Below are positions 1-9,620 of a DNA stretch of 64,000 nt, piece after piece; the first letter of the stretch is position 1, and each line of letters begins with the position of its first letter. The position numbers were made by a program, and so were the translations under genes. This DNA is from Pseudoduganella sp. GTDB lineage: Bacteria; Pseudomonadota; Gammaproteobacteria; Burkholderiales; Burkholderiaceae_D. Under the pieces are notes generated by a model that was not told the origin of the DNA, did no database searches, and saw nothing but the letters and a program-made list of their open reading frames with translations. Location of the stretch: NCBI GenBank assembly GCA_039593355.1, contig JBCNPK010000011.1, forward strand, positions 25,039-89,038. Direction: 5' to 3'.

Positions 1-466
1 CTTGGTCCAGCTTGGAGAACAGTTCGCGCGCCTTGTCCTCGTCGCCAGGATAGCCGCCCAGCGGGAACAGAGCGTCCGGCGCAAGGGCCAGGAAGCCGTC
101 CAGTGCGAGGCGGCGGGCAATGTCCTCGATATGCGGGTTCAGGCCGCGGTTTTCATGGACCACCAGCACGGCCGGCAGCTTGCCTTGAGCGGCCGCTGGC
201 TGCACCAGGTAGCCGCGCAGGGTGCCATAGCCGTTTGGCGACGGGTACTCGACGTAAGCGGCCTTCAGACGCTTGTCGTCCGGCGCCACCAGCGGCGCGG
301 CAAAGCTCGGCGCCAGGGTGGCCAGCAGGCTGGCGCCTGTAGCGCCTGCCACCGCAAAGCGCGTGGCGCGGGCGATGAAATCGCGGCGGCTCAGCTGGCC
401 GTGCACGTATTTGTCGAACAGTTCCAGTACTTCGGGGGCATAGTCCTTGGCAGTCAGGCGTGGCAT
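1..466 (-). CDS. dienelactone hydrolase family protein with Tat-type signal (5' part only; 3' end lies outside the window)
   Basis: Own translation of the minus strand from ATG at 466-464: MPRLTAKDYAPEVLELFDKYVHGQLSRRDFIARATRFAVAGATGASLLATLAP...KLPAVLVVHENRGLNPHIEDIARRLALDGFLALAPD. It has an SRRDFI twin-arginine motif and the HENRGLNPHI block typical of this hydrolase family. It is not in the ORF track because the frame is open at the window edge. Confidence 0.7.
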   Translation of the reverse strand, partial: MPRLTAKDYAPEVLELFDKYVHGQLSRRDFIARATRFAVAGATGASLLATLAPSFAAPLVAPDDKRLKAAYVEYPSPNGYGTLRGYLVQPAAAQGKLPAVLVVHENRGLNPHIEDIARRLALDGFLALAPDALFPLGGYPGDEDKARELFSKLDQ

Positions 467-549
467 CTGTCGCGCTCCAGGTATTAAAGGCTGTAAAGTC
501 TACTCCGACCGGTGCATAATGGGAGTTCGATTCTAGCCAGTACTCGCTA

Positions 550-1494
550 TTGATGAGGCAAGCAATGATGAACGATTTTGCGGCCGCTTCCAAGGCCACG
601 ATGCAATTCCTTCGGCAGCGCCTGGGTTTCAAGCTGTGGATGGTCACCCGTAATGACGGCAAGGACTGGGTGGTCCTGTTTGCCGAAGATCATGGTTACG
701 GCGTCCGCCCTGGCCAGGCCTATGATTGGGCCGAGACCTTGTGTTCGCGCATGGTTGAAGGGCAGGGGCCGCATATCGCGCCGGATGTGACGAAGGAACC
801 CGCCTATGCCCAGGCCCCGATTACGCACCAGATTGCCATTGGCGCCTACGTCGGCGTACCTTTGCGGCGCGCCGACGGTTCGCTGTTCGGCACCCTGTGC
901 GCGATCGATCCCGAGCCGCAGCCAGAACGCATCCGCGAAGACAAGGACATGGTGGTCCTGATGGGCGAGCTGCTGGGCGGCTTGCTGGAAGCCGAATTGT
1001 CGGGCATTGAAGCACAGCGCAAGGCGGAGCGCGGCGACGTCGACATCACACGCGACGAACTGACAGGCCTGTATAACCGCCGCGGCTGGGACATGCTGGT
1101 CATGCGCGAAGAAGAACGCTGCCGGCGTTATGGCCACCCCGCCTGCGTGGTGTCGCTCGACCTGGACGACCTCAAGTTTTACAACGATACCCAAGGCTAT
1201 GCTTCCGGTGACGCCCTGCTGATCCGCTGCAGCAAGGCCCTGAAGGAAGTCACGCGCGGCTCCGACGTCGTGGCGCGCATGGGCGGCGACGAGTTCGCCA
1301 TGCTGATGGTGGAATGCGATTACTTTGACGCCCAGGCCATGCTGCTGCGTGTACAGGAAACCCTGGCCGGCTACGACGTGGGCGCCTCGCTGGGCATGGC
1401 CATGCGCAAGCCCGGCATCGACCTGGAGGAAGCCCTCGCCATTGCCGATGCCGAGATGTACCGTGCCAAGCGGTCACGCAAGGTTTTGAACTAA
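550..1494 (+). CDS. GAF domain-containing diguanylate cyclase (GGDEF)
   Basis: 314-aa ORF. The N-terminal part is GAF-like (GAYVGVPLRRADGSLFGTLCAID). The C-terminal part is a GGDEF domain with RDELTGLYNRRGW and an intact GGDEF motif (ARMGGDEFAML). Confidence 0.85.
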   Translation: MMRQAMMNDFAAASKATMQFLRQRLGFKLWMVTRNDGKDWVVLFAEDHGYGVRPGQAYDWAETLCSRMVEGQGPHIAPDVTKEPAYAQAPITHQIAIGAYVGVPLRRADGSLFGTLCAIDPEPQPERIREDKDMVVLMGELLGGLLEAELSGIEAQRKAERGDVDITRDELTGLYNRRGWDMLVMREEERCRRYGHPACVVSLDLDDLKFYNDTQGYASGDALLIRCSKALKEVTRGSDVVARMGGDEFAMLMVECDYFDAQAMLLRVQETLAGYDVGASLGMAMRKPGIDLEEALAIADAEMYRAKRSRKVLN

Positions 1495-2673
1495 CTCTTC
1501 CTGTGCGGCGGGCTTGCTGTCCGCCGCTTTCCCGACGCCAAACAGCGGCTGCAGCAGCGGCACGCGGCGCACCACTTCGAACACGCCAAAGCTGATTGCC
1601 AGGGTCAGGACCACGATCAGCAGGCCTTCCGTCACGGGCGGCAGTCCGGCCGCACGCAGCGCCATCGCCAGGCAGACGATCAGCGTCTGGTGCAGGATGT
1701 AGACCGGGAACACGGCCTGGGTCAGGTAACGGCGCTTGGCGCTGTCGAAATTCAGGTGGCGATGGCCGAAGCCGCACACTGCAACGATGCCGCTCCACTG
1801 GCACAGGGCATAGATGGTGCGCGCCACCGGCAGCCAGGTGATCTGGAATGCCTCGTTCAGCGAACCGAAACAGACAATGGCGGCCCAGCTAGCAAGGAAG
1901 AAGCCAAGGGCAGCAAAACGTGCATCGTCCAGGCGTTGCCAGAACAGCCCTTGGCGCGCCATCGCCGCACCCAGCAGGAAGACCGGCAGGCTCATCGCAT
2001 GGTTATGCCAGTCGGCAACAAGATTGTGCGTGTGCGGCCAGTGCGACAGCAGCAAGATGCGGCCCAGCGCCAGAACGGCAAGCGGCAGCGCGAACAGCTT
2101 CCAGCCGTGCAATTGGCCCAGCAGCCAGGCGCCGGCGGCTTGCATGCGGCGGGAACCGATGGCGGCCAGGATCAGGGTGTAGACCCACAGGTAGGGCAGG
2201 AACCACAGGTGGTTCCAGGTCGGCAGGTCGAGGCAGCCATTGTGGTCGCAGAAGCCGTGATAGGCCCGCACGTAAAGCTGCATGAATTCGAAATAGCTGC
2301 CCTGGTAGGCGACGTCCGACACCACCTCAAAGTAGGATTGCGGTGGGACAATAAAGAACATGCCGAAGATCAGCGGAACCAGCAGGCGCTTGCTGCGCTC
2401 CTTCGCCAGTCCCGTGCCGCCGAGTTTTTCCAGTAGGAAAGCTGCTGCCGCACCGCCGATCAGGAATAGCAGGGACATGCGCCAGGGAGAGGAGAGCATC
2501 ATGAAAGGCTCAATGGCGTCGCTGGGGTGCGGTGTTTTGACATGCCAATCCCAGGTCACGTAGTACATGCCGGTGTGGTACAGCACCAGCAGGAAGAATG
2601 CGCCGATGCGCAGCCAATCGAGGAAGTACAGGCGTTTGTTTTGCATGATGGTTTGGCAAGCAGGGTTGGACAT
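1474..2673 (-). CDS. acyltransferase family 3 membrane protein (OpgC-like)
   Basis: 399-aa polytopic membrane ORF. The N-terminus RLYFLDWLRIGAFFLLVLYHTGMYY is typical of acyltransferase_3/OpgC proteins. The true start may be the internal MQNK about 9 codons downstream. Confidence 0.75.
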   Translation of the reverse strand: MSNPACQTIMQNKRLYFLDWLRIGAFFLLVLYHTGMYYVTWDWHVKTPHPSDAIEPFMMLSSPWRMSLLFLIGGAAAAFLLEKLGGTGLAKERSKRLLVPLIFGMFFIVPPQSYFEVVSDVAYQGSYFEFMQLYVRAYHGFCDHNGCLDLPTWNHLWFLPYLWVYTLILAAIGSRRMQAAGAWLLGQLHGWKLFALPLAVLALGRILLLSHWPHTHNLVADWHNHAMSLPVFLLGAAMARQGLFWQRLDDARFAALGFFLASWAAIVCFGSLNEAFQITWLPVARTIYALCQWSGIVAVCGFGHRHLNFDSAKRRYLTQAVFPVYILHQTLIVCLAMALRAAGLPPVTEGLLIVVLTLAISFGVFEVVRRVPLLQPLFGVGKAADSKPAAQEELVQNLA

Positions 2674-2752
2674 GACGCCAGCTTAGGGGCGTCATGCCTG
2701 CCGGGCGAGCATTAGGTGGCGAACTGCATTTTGCTGGGGCGAACGGCAGTGA

Positions 2753-2858
2753 GCAGGCGGGTCTGACCCTTGGGTCAGACCCAGGTTTACCGGGTTTAAC
2801 CCGCGTTCGCCAAACCCGGCAAATCTGGGTCAGACCCAAGGGTCTGACCCGCCTGTGC
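2753..2858. repeat. nested palindromic REP-like element built from GGGTCTGACCC/GGGTCAGACCC units
   Basis: GCAGGCGGGTCTGACCCTTGGGTCAGACCCAG ... CTGGGTCAGACCCAAGGGTCTGACCCGCCTGTGC. Each arm is itself a hairpin, and the two arms are inverted copies around a central GTTTACCGGGTTTAACCCGCGTTCGCCAAACCCGGCAAAT spacer. It is intergenic, between two minus-strand genes. Confidence 0.75.
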
Positions 2859-2870
2859 TGCCGGCGCTGG

Positions 2871-3584
2871 TTAGGCGGAGGCCGCCAGTGCGGCGAGAAG
2901 TTCAGCCTTGTGATTGCGGCCCAAAGGCACGACGTCGCCGTTGCGCAATACCAGCTGGCCCTGCTGGTCGACCTGGGTGACCAGGGACAGCCGCACAGCG
3001 GCGCGGCGGTGGCAGCGCATGAAGTCGCCTCCCAGGCTGTCCAGCAAGTCGGTCAGGGTTTGCCGCAGCAGCGGCGCGCCTTGCGAGGTATGCAGGACCA
3101 CATAATTGTCGGCGGTCTCGAGCCACTGAATCTCGGCGACCGGTACGACGCGCGTGGCGCCGCGCTCGGTCACAAGCAATTGCTGGAGCGGGGCGCCAGG
3201 CAGGCCGGGCGGTCGTGCGGTGGAGCGGGTCGCCAGGCGTTCGCGCAGGCGCTGCATGGCGCGCTGCAGGCGGGCGGCATCGAAGGGCTTGAGCAGGTAG
3301 TCGATGGCGTTGGCGTCGAAGGCCGGTACCGCGTATTCGTCGAAGGCGGTGGCGAAGACCACCAGCGGCGCGGGCTGGGGCAGCGAGGCTGCGACCTCCA
3401 GTCCGCTAACTTCGGGCATCTGCACGTCGAGGAAAATGGCGTCCGGCGCGAAGCTGGCGACTTTTTCAAGCGCTTCCACGCCATCGCGCGCTTCCTCGAT
3501 GGCGGTCACGCCTTGCTCCTGCACCAGCATGCGGCGCAGCTTGTCGCGCGCAGGGCGCTCGTCGTCGACGATCAGGATCCGCAT
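2871..3584 (-). CDS. LytTR/AlgR-family response regulator
   Basis: 237 aa. REC domain (MRILIVDDERPARDKL..., DAIFLDVQMPEVSG) plus a C-terminal LytTR-type DNA-binding region (ADNYVVLHT...LLRQTL). Confidence 0.9.
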   Translation of the reverse strand: MRILIVDDERPARDKLRRMLVQEQGVTAIEEARDGVEALEKVASFAPDAIFLDVQMPEVSGLEVAASLPQPAPLVVFATAFDEYAVPAFDANAIDYLLKPFDAARLQRAMQRLRERLATRSTARPPGLPGAPLQQLLVTERGATRVVPVAEIQWLETADNYVVLHTSQGAPLLRQTLTDLLDSLGGDFMRCHRRAAVRLSLVTQVDQQGQLVLRNGDVVPLGRNHKAELLAALAASA

Positions 3585-4621
3585 GGCAGCCTCATTTCAG
3601 CGCGTACGCCGGCCGGTTCCAGCTGCACCAGGGCCAAGCTGGCCTGGTCGCCATACAGGGCCTGCAGCCGCTCGCGCAAATTGCGCACGCCAATGCCGCC
3701 GCCCGACGGGGCTGCCGCCACTGCAGGTAGCCGGCCGGCATCATCAGAGACCGACAGCAGCAGCACACCGCCATCACGACTGGCGCTGATGGCGATATGT
3801 GTCACGCCGCGCCGCCGCTCCACAGTGTGCTTGAACACGTTCTCCAGCAAGGGCTGCATGCTCATCACCGGCACCAGGCATTCACCGCATGCGGCATCGA
3901 TGTCCCAGCTGATCTGCACCCGGTCGACAAAGCGCTCCTCCATCAGCCGCGCATAGCCGCGCAGCAGGCGCAGCTCGGTCGCCAAGGGCGCCTGCTGCTG
4001 GCCGCTGACGTCGAGCGTCGCGCGCAGCACGTCTGCCAGTTGAACCAGCGTGGCATCGGCCCGCTCGACGTCGCTGTGCATCAGCGAAGAGATCGTGTTC
4101 AGGGCGTTGAACAGGAAGTGCGGCTGCATCTGCTGCGTGAGCTGGTGCAGCTGGGCCGTGCGCAACTGCGCGTTGGCTTGTTCCGCCGCGCGGAAGGACA
4201 GCACGCCAAACGTGATCAGCGTGAAGATCACCACGAAGATCGAAATCTTGATGTTCTCATACAGGAAAGTCTCGCCCCAGGGCTCATGCCGGTACTCGGC
4301 GCCAAGCCAGGTATACACCGCATGGCGGATGCCGAAGGCCAGCGGGGTGAACAGGAGCCACCACACCGGAAGCCACACGGCCTGCCGTGCGAACCAGCGC
4401 GCCGGGGTGGAGAGCAGTCCATCGTAACTGCGCGTGCCGAGGCGCTGCATGGCCAGCAGCAGCGAGGCCACGGCCATCGAGGAAGACTCCCACAGGATGG
4501 GCTGCCACAGGCCGCCGTGGCCTACCTCGTGGCGCAGGTAATCCTGCACGGCGGTCGCCACCATCATGGCCCAGAACAGCAGCCATGCGATGGCCAGCGA
4601 AACTGTGGCGCGGCGGTTCAT
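3572..4621 (-). CDS. sensor histidine kinase, LytS/AlgZ (His_kinase) type
   Basis: 349 aa. Multi-TM N-terminus, the QMQPHFLFNALNTISSLMH phospho-acceptor block typical of LytS/YehU/AlgZ kinases, and a C-terminal ATPase block (GGIGVRNLRERLQALYG). It overlaps the RR gene by 13 nt. Confidence 0.85.
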   Translation of the reverse strand: MNRRATVSLAIAWLLFWAMMVATAVQDYLRHEVGHGGLWQPILWESSSMAVASLLLAMQRLGTRSYDGLLSTPARWFARQAVWLPVWWLLFTPLAFGIRHAVYTWLGAEYRHEPWGETFLYENIKISIFVVIFTLITFGVLSFRAAEQANAQLRTAQLHQLTQQMQPHFLFNALNTISSLMHSDVERADATLVQLADVLRATLDVSGQQQAPLATELRLLRGYARLMEERFVDRVQISWDIDAACGECLVPVMSMQPLLENVFKHTVERRRGVTHIAISASRDGGVLLLSVSDDAGRLPAVAAAPSGGGIGVRNLRERLQALYGDQASLALVQLEPAGVRAEMRLPCGS

Positions 4622-6270
4622 TTGGCCTGCTTCTGGTGGCGTGCTTCGACCAGGTCAATCTCGCGCACCAGCTTGCGTGCCGTTTCGTCGGAGATGTGGT
4701 GATGGCGCGCCAGGTTGAAGATGGCCTGGCGCTCAGCTTCCATGGCCGCCAGCCGCAATTCGCGCTCGGCGCGGTCCAGCTTGCGGAAATGCTCCTTGTT
4801 CTGGTCTTCCGCCGACCAGGCAAGGTTGAGGCGGTACTCGTAGAGCGCAATGACGCGCGCCGCAGCCTGTGGCAGCACGTCCGGATGGTGGGCATCGGCC
4901 AGGGCCAGTTCGGCGCGCTCAATGGCGGCAATCGCCGCCGAAGCGGCCTGGCGCCGCGCCATGTCTTCCTGTTGGCGCTCGGCCGGTTCTTCGGGGAAGG
5001 TCATGCCGCCCAGCAGGCGCGGCAAGCCGATGCTGGCCGCCAGCAGGGAAATCAGGATCACCGAACTGGCCAGCAGGATGGTCAGGTCGCGCGCCGGGAA
5101 CGGCTCGCCGCTTGGCAGCACCAATGGCAGGGTCAGCACGCCCGCCAGCGTGATCGCGCCGCGCGCTCCCGCCAGCGCCGTGGCCAGCAGCAGGCGCCAG
5201 TGGGGCCGGCCGCCGTTGCCGGCGCCGGCGCGGCGGCTGCGGCGGTAAAGCGTGATGCGCAGCGTGGCCCACACCCACACAAAGCGCAGGGCGATCAGGC
5301 CGAAACTGATGGCAAAGGCGTACAGCACCAGCCACCACGAATTGATGTGGCCGCTTTGCTCAAGCGATTCGCTGGCGCCGCGCAGAATGTCGGGCAACTG
5401 TTCGCCAAGCAGCACGAACATCACGCCGTTCAGGGTGAACTGCACCGTGTCCCAGACCGCGGTGCGCTGGATGCGGGTGGCGGCCAGCGCCTGGCCGCCC
5501 AGTTCCACATAGCTCATGGTGATGCCGGCCGACACGGCGGCCAGGATGCCCGACGCATGCAGGCGCTCCGCCACCAGGTAAGCGCCGAAAGGGATCAGCA
5601 GGCTGACCAGGATCGGGGAGCCGGAGGGCTCGCCGTAGCGCGACGTCAGCCGGCCTTGCAGCCAGGCGACGGCAGTCGTGACGCCGACGCCGGTGGCGAT
5701 GCCGGCGGCGGCCAGCCAGACAAAGGTCAGCGAGGCACTGGTGAGTGAGAAGGTGCCGGTCAGGGCGGCCGCGACGGCGAAGCGGAAGCACACCAGGCCG
5801 CTCGCGTCGTTCAGCAGGGCTTCGCCCTCCAGGATGTGCATCAGGCGCTTGGGAATCGGTGCACGCGAAGCGATCGAGCCGACTGCAATCGGATCGGTCG
5901 GCGACAGGATGGCCGCCAGCGCAAAGGCCACCGGCAGCGGCATGGCGGGAATCATCCAGTGAATCAGGTAGCCCGCGCCCAGCACGGTGAAGATCACCAG
6001 GCCCAGTGCCAGCTCGAGGATCACCACGCGGTCGCGGAACAGGCCCGTATTCGGAATGCGCCAGCCATCGAGGAAGAGCAGCGGCGGGATGAACAGCAGG
6101 AAGAACAATTCCGGGTCGAGCTGGACGCCATGGCCGGACCAGACTGCAATGCCGGCACCCAGGCCGATCTGGACCAGGGGGAGGGGAATGCCTGCGGACA
6201 GCATCCGCTTCAAATAAGCGCTGGCGATCACGGCCAGCAGCATTGCCAATACTATCTCGATAGAATCCAT
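4618..6270 (-). CDS. Na+/H+ antiporter (CPA1/NhaP-like)
   Basis: 550-aa polytopic ORF with Na_H_exchanger-like helices (AILSPTDPIAV, LEGEALLNDASGLV) and a soluble charged C-terminal tail. Its TGA overlaps the kinase ATG (ATGA at 4621-4618). Confidence 0.85.
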   Translation of the reverse strand: MDSIEIVLAMLLAVIASAYLKRMLSAGIPLPLVQIGLGAGIAVWSGHGVQLDPELFFLLFIPPLLFLDGWRIPNTGLFRDRVVILELALGLVIFTVLGAGYLIHWMIPAMPLPVAFALAAILSPTDPIAVGSIASRAPIPKRLMHILEGEALLNDASGLVCFRFAVAAALTGTFSLTSASLTFVWLAAAGIATGVGVTTAVAWLQGRLTSRYGEPSGSPILVSLLIPFGAYLVAERLHASGILAAVSAGITMSYVELGGQALAATRIQRTAVWDTVQFTLNGVMFVLLGEQLPDILRGASESLEQSGHINSWWLVLYAFAISFGLIALRFVWVWATLRITLYRRSRRAGAGNGGRPHWRLLLATALAGARGAITLAGVLTLPLVLPSGEPFPARDLTILLASSVILISLLAASIGLPRLLGGMTFPEEPAERQQEDMARRQAASAAIAAIERAELALADAHHPDVLPQAAARVIALYEYRLNLAWSAEDQNKEHFRKLDRAERELRLAAMEAERQAIFNLARHHHISDETARKLVREIDLVEARHQKQAK

Positions 6271-6345
6271 GCGGGCATTATAGGGGGATGCAATTCGAAA
6301 AAGAACTTGTCACTCATAAAAGTGGCTGTCATAATAACGCCTTCT

Positions 6346-6421
6346 GCGGGAATAGCTCAGTTGGTAGAGCGCAACCTTGCCAAGGTTGAGGTCGAGAGTT
6401 CGAGACTCTTTTCCCGCTCCA
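6346..6421 (+). tRNA. tRNA-Gly (anticodon GCC)
   Basis: GCGGGAATAGCTCAGTTGGTAGAGCGCAACCTTGCCAAGGTTGAGGTCGAGAGTTCGAGACTCTTTTCCCGCTCCA folds as a cloverleaf by hand: 7-bp acceptor stem, GCTC/GAGC D stem, CAACC/GGTTG anticodon stem with loop TTGCCAA, GTTCGAGA T loop and encoded CCA. Confidence 0.95.
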
Positions 6422-6432
6422 GAATTCTTGAA

Positions 6433-6459
6433 AGGACGCCATCGTGCGTCCTTTTTTTG
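6433..6459 (+). terminator. rho-independent terminator after tRNA-Gly
   Basis: AGGACGC-CATCGT-GCGTCCT hairpin followed by TTTTTTT, 12 nt after the tRNA 3' end. Confidence 0.7.
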
Positions 6460-6565
6460 TTGTTTCTGCCCCTCATCGCATCCGGATGGTTTATAAAGGC
6501 CGGTATACTGCCGAAACATTCCATACCAAATGGAATGCCTATTCAAGAACATTGGAGCGACCGCG

Positions 6566-7519
6566 ATGAATTCCGTTCAACAAGAAGTTGACGAGCGTAG
6601 TAACCTCACAAACTCCAACAAGTTCGAGTTGCTGCTGTTCCGCCTCGGCGTTGACAGCACCAGCGGCAACTCCGAGCTCTATGGCATCAACGTCTTCAAG
6701 ATTCGCGAGATCGTTGCGATGCCGACCGTGACTGCGGTCGCGGGCTCGGAGCCGCACATGCTGGGCGTGGTCAACCTGCGCGGCCAGATCATTCCCGTGA
6801 TGGACTTGCCGGGCATCGTCGGCGTCAAGCCGAAGACTGGCCTGAACATCATGCTGGTGACCGAATTTGCCCGCACCACCCAGGCCTTTGCCGTGGAGTC
6901 GGTCGACGAAATCGTGCGCCTGGACTGGAGCCAGGTGCTGAGCGCCGAGGGCAGCCACGGCGGCGGCATGGTGACCTCGATCGCCCGCGTCGACGGCGAC
7001 GTGCAGAACACCCGCCTGGCCCAGGTGCTGGACGTGGAAACCATCCTGCGCAACCTGACCCCGAGCGACGGCAAGGACATCGACGAAAACACCATCGGCC
7101 GCCTGCCGCTGAAACCGGGCACCTTCATCCTCGCCGCCGACGACTCCGTCGTAGCGCGCAACCTGATCGAGCGCGGCCTGGAAGCGATGCATGCGCCTTT
7201 CGTGATGATGAAGACCGGTAAGGAAGCCTGGGACAAGCTGAACCACATTGCCGAAGGCTGCAAGGCCGAGGGCATTCCGGTGGAAGACCGCGTGGCCCTG
7301 GTGCTGACCGACCTGGAAATGCCGGAGATGGACGGCTTCACGCTGACCCGCCTGGTGAAGCAGGATGCGCGCTTCTCCAAGATCCCGGTGGTGATCCACT
7401 CTTCGCTGTCGGGCAAGACCAACGAGGACCACGTGAAAGGCGTCGGCGCCGATGCCTATGTGGCCAAGTTCGTGGCGGAAGAACTGGCGGAAACCATCCG
7501 CCGCGTCCTGACTAAATGA
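6566..7519 (+). CDS. cheV: chemotaxis coupling protein CheV (CheW-like domain plus receiver domain)
   Basis: N-terminal CheW-like region (FELLLFRLG...ELYGINVFKIREIV...VVNLRGQIIPVMDL) and C-terminal REC (LVLTDLEMPEMDGFTL, KIPVVIHSSLSG). Start chosen at ATG 6566, which has a GGAG 8 nt upstream. The track ORF begins at 6530. Confidence 0.85.
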   Translation: MNSVQQEVDERSNLTNSNKFELLLFRLGVDSTSGNSELYGINVFKIREIVAMPTVTAVAGSEPHMLGVVNLRGQIIPVMDLPGIVGVKPKTGLNIMLVTEFARTTQAFAVESVDEIVRLDWSQVLSAEGSHGGGMVTSIARVDGDVQNTRLAQVLDVETILRNLTPSDGKDIDENTIGRLPLKPGTFILAADDSVVARNLIERGLEAMHAPFVMMKTGKEAWDKLNHIAEGCKAEGIPVEDRVALVLTDLEMPEMDGFTLTRLVKQDARFSKIPVVIHSSLSGKTNEDHVKGVGADAYVAKFVAEELAETIRRVLTK

Positions 7520-8369
7520 CTTCCTTGAGTTGGCGGCTGTGGAACTTCACATGGTCGCCGATGAAGCTCGAAATAAAGTAGTAGCCATGATCGTAGCCCG
7601 CATGCCGGCGCAGCTCCAAAGGCTGTCCGGCGGCGCGGCACGCATCCTCGAACACTCCCGGAAATAACTGCTCCTCAAGGAACTTGTCGGCCAGGCCCTG
7701 GTCGATCAGGATGCCGTTGGGGAAAGGCGCTTCGTCCTGCACGGACATCAAGGCGCTGGCGTCGTGCTGCAGCCAGGATTCCTGGTCCGGCCCGAGATAG
7801 CCGCTGAAGGCCTTCTGTCCCCAGGGGCAGCGCACCGGCGCCGCAATCGGCGCGAAGGCCGACACGCTGCGGAACAGGTCCGGCCGGCGCAGGGCCAGTG
7901 TCAGTGCGCCATGCCCGCCCATCGAATGGCCGAAGATACCAATGCGCTTCGGGTCGACCGGCAATTCATCGATCACCAGCTTGCGCAGTTCGTGGATATA
8001 GCTCTCCATGCGGTAGTGCTGCGACCATGGTGCTTGCGTGGCGTCGAGGTAGAAGCCCGCGCCTTCGCCGAAATCCCAGCTCTCTGTTTCGCCTTCTATG
8101 CCGGCACCGCGCGGGCTCGTATCGGGTGCGATGAGGATCAAGCCTTCACGGGCCGCGTGCTGCTGCGCGCCGGCCTTGATCGCGAAAGTCTCTTCGGTGC
8201 AGGTGAGGCCTGCGAGGTAGAGCAGTGCAGGCAGCGGCCCTTGCGCTGCCTGTGGCGGAATGAAGATGGCGAAGCGCATTGGCAAGCCAATCGCCTCCGA
8301 CTCATGGCGGTAGAAGCGCTGCATCCCGCCATGGCAAACGTGTTCGCTGATCATGTCCATGCATGGCAT
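7512..8369 (-). CDS. fghA: S-formylglutathione hydrolase (esterase D family)
   Basis: 285 aa with the family hallmarks SEHVCHGGMQRFYRHES, LYLAGLTCTEETF and GHSMGGHGAL. Three in-frame ATGs at 8369/8360/8354 cannot be resolved by eye. Confidence 0.85.
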   Translation of the reverse strand: MPCMDMISEHVCHGGMQRFYRHESEAIGLPMRFAIFIPPQAAQGPLPALLYLAGLTCTEETFAIKAGAQQHAAREGLILIAPDTSPRGAGIEGETESWDFGEGAGFYLDATQAPWSQHYRMESYIHELRKLVIDELPVDPKRIGIFGHSMGGHGALTLALRRPDLFRSVSAFAPIAAPVRCPWGQKAFSGYLGPDQESWLQHDASALMSVQDEAPFPNGILIDQGLADKFLEEQLFPGVFEDACRAAGQPLELRRHAGYDHGYYFISSFIGDHVKFHSRQLKEVI

Positions 8370-8434
8370 TGTAGCGGAGATGAGTGCGACGCGTTTTTCA
8401 CAAATGCAATATAGTGGGGGTCGGAGGTAAGTCT

Positions 8435-9619
8435 ATGACCGATTTGTTAGTCATCTCTGACGAACTCGCGTGGCCTTGCGCCATGCTGCTTGCATGGCTT
8501 GCGGGCGAGTTCGTTCACCGTTGGACCAATCTGCCGCGCATCAGTGTGTACGGCCTGGTGGGCTTCCTGCTGGCGCAGGCTATGCCCGATCTTCTCGTGC
8601 CTGACGGCAGCAGCCAGGTAACCCTGCTTGCCAATATCGCTTTCGGCCTGATCCTTTTCGAATTCGGTTACCGCATCAACCTGCGCTGGCTGCGCGTGAA
8701 TCCGTGGATTGCAGTCAGTGGGCTCGCGGAATCTGCGCTCACATTCGGCGCTGTATATTGGATCGCCAGCTGGCAGGGCATGCCGCCGTTGACGGCTTTG
8801 CTGCTTGCTTCGCTGGCGATGTCTTCATCGCCGGCCGGGGTGCTGCGCGTGATCAATGAAGAGCGCAGTTCGGGCCAGGTGACCGAGCGCCTGCTGCACC
8901 TGGTCGCAATCAATTGCGTGCTCGCGCTGTTCGTGTTCAAGGTGGTGGTCGGCTTCTGGGTCTTCCAGACTTCCGGCAGCCTGACGCAGGCCGTCTCGCG
9001 CAGCGTGATCGAATTGCTTGCGTCCGCTGTGCTGGGCGCCGTGGCCGGCATGCTCGTGCCTGCGCTGCTGCGCAGCCTGGGCACCCTGTCGCGCGACGGC
9101 ACCGTGGCCTTTGCCATGGTGGTGGTGCTGCTGGTGTCGATCACGCAGGCGGCGGACCTGTCGCCGGTGCTGGCGGCGTTGACCTTCGGCCTGACGGCGC
9201 GCCACCGCCGCGTGACTTTCACGCGCACGCAGCGCAACTTTGGCGCGATCGGCGAATTGCTGACGGTGCTGCTGTTCGTGTTTGCGGTGTCCACGCTCGA
9301 CTGGCAACGGGTGGTGTTCGGCGCATCGCTTGGCATTCTGCTGGTGCTGGTGCGTTTCGCCACCAAGACCATTGCGGTGGCGGTGTTCGCGCACGTAGCG
9401 GGCATTGCCTGGCGCAAGGGAGCGTTGATCGGGATCGCGCTGTCGCCTATGTCGGTGTTTGCGATCCTGCTGCTGGAGCAGACGCGTTATATGGGTATTG
9501 TGCTGGTCGATGAACTGGCTGCGCTGGCCGCCATGACCTTGTTCATGGAAGTGCTTGGGCCGATCATCACCCAGCGCGCGCTGATCATGGCGCGCGAAAC
9601 GGCAAAAGAGGAGGGCTGA
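8435..9619 (+). CDS. cation:proton antiporter (Na_H_exchanger fold, Kef/CPA2-like membrane domain without a KTN domain)
   Basis: About 394-aa polytopic ORF. Start set at ATG 8435 (GGAGG 7 nt upstream), while the track ORF starts at 8384. Its stop lies 1 nt before the ybdK ATG. Confidence 0.75.
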   Translation: MTDLLVISDELAWPCAMLLAWLAGEFVHRWTNLPRISVYGLVGFLLAQAMPDLLVPDGSSQVTLLANIAFGLILFEFGYRINLRWLRVNPWIAVSGLAESALTFGAVYWIASWQGMPPLTALLLASLAMSSSPAGVLRVINEERSSGQVTERLLHLVAINCVLALFVFKVVVGFWVFQTSGSLTQAVSRSVIELLASAVLGAVAGMLVPALLRSLGTLSRDGTVAFAMVVVLLVSITQAADLSPVLAALTFGLTARHRRVTFTRTQRNFGAIGELLTVLLFVFAVSTLDWQRVVFGASLGILLVLVRFATKTIAVAVFAHVAGIAWRKGALIGIALSPMSVFAILLLEQTRYMGIVLVDELAALAAMTLFMEVLGPIITQRALIMARETAKEEG

Positions 9620-9620
9620 T

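Noticed and set aside
6346-6421. tRNA-Gly as the attachment site of a genomic island
   Set aside because: There is no integrase next to the tRNA. I found no direct repeat of the tRNA 3' end downstream. The flanking genes (cheV, fghA, antiporters) look like ordinary chromosomal genes with the same high-GC composition.
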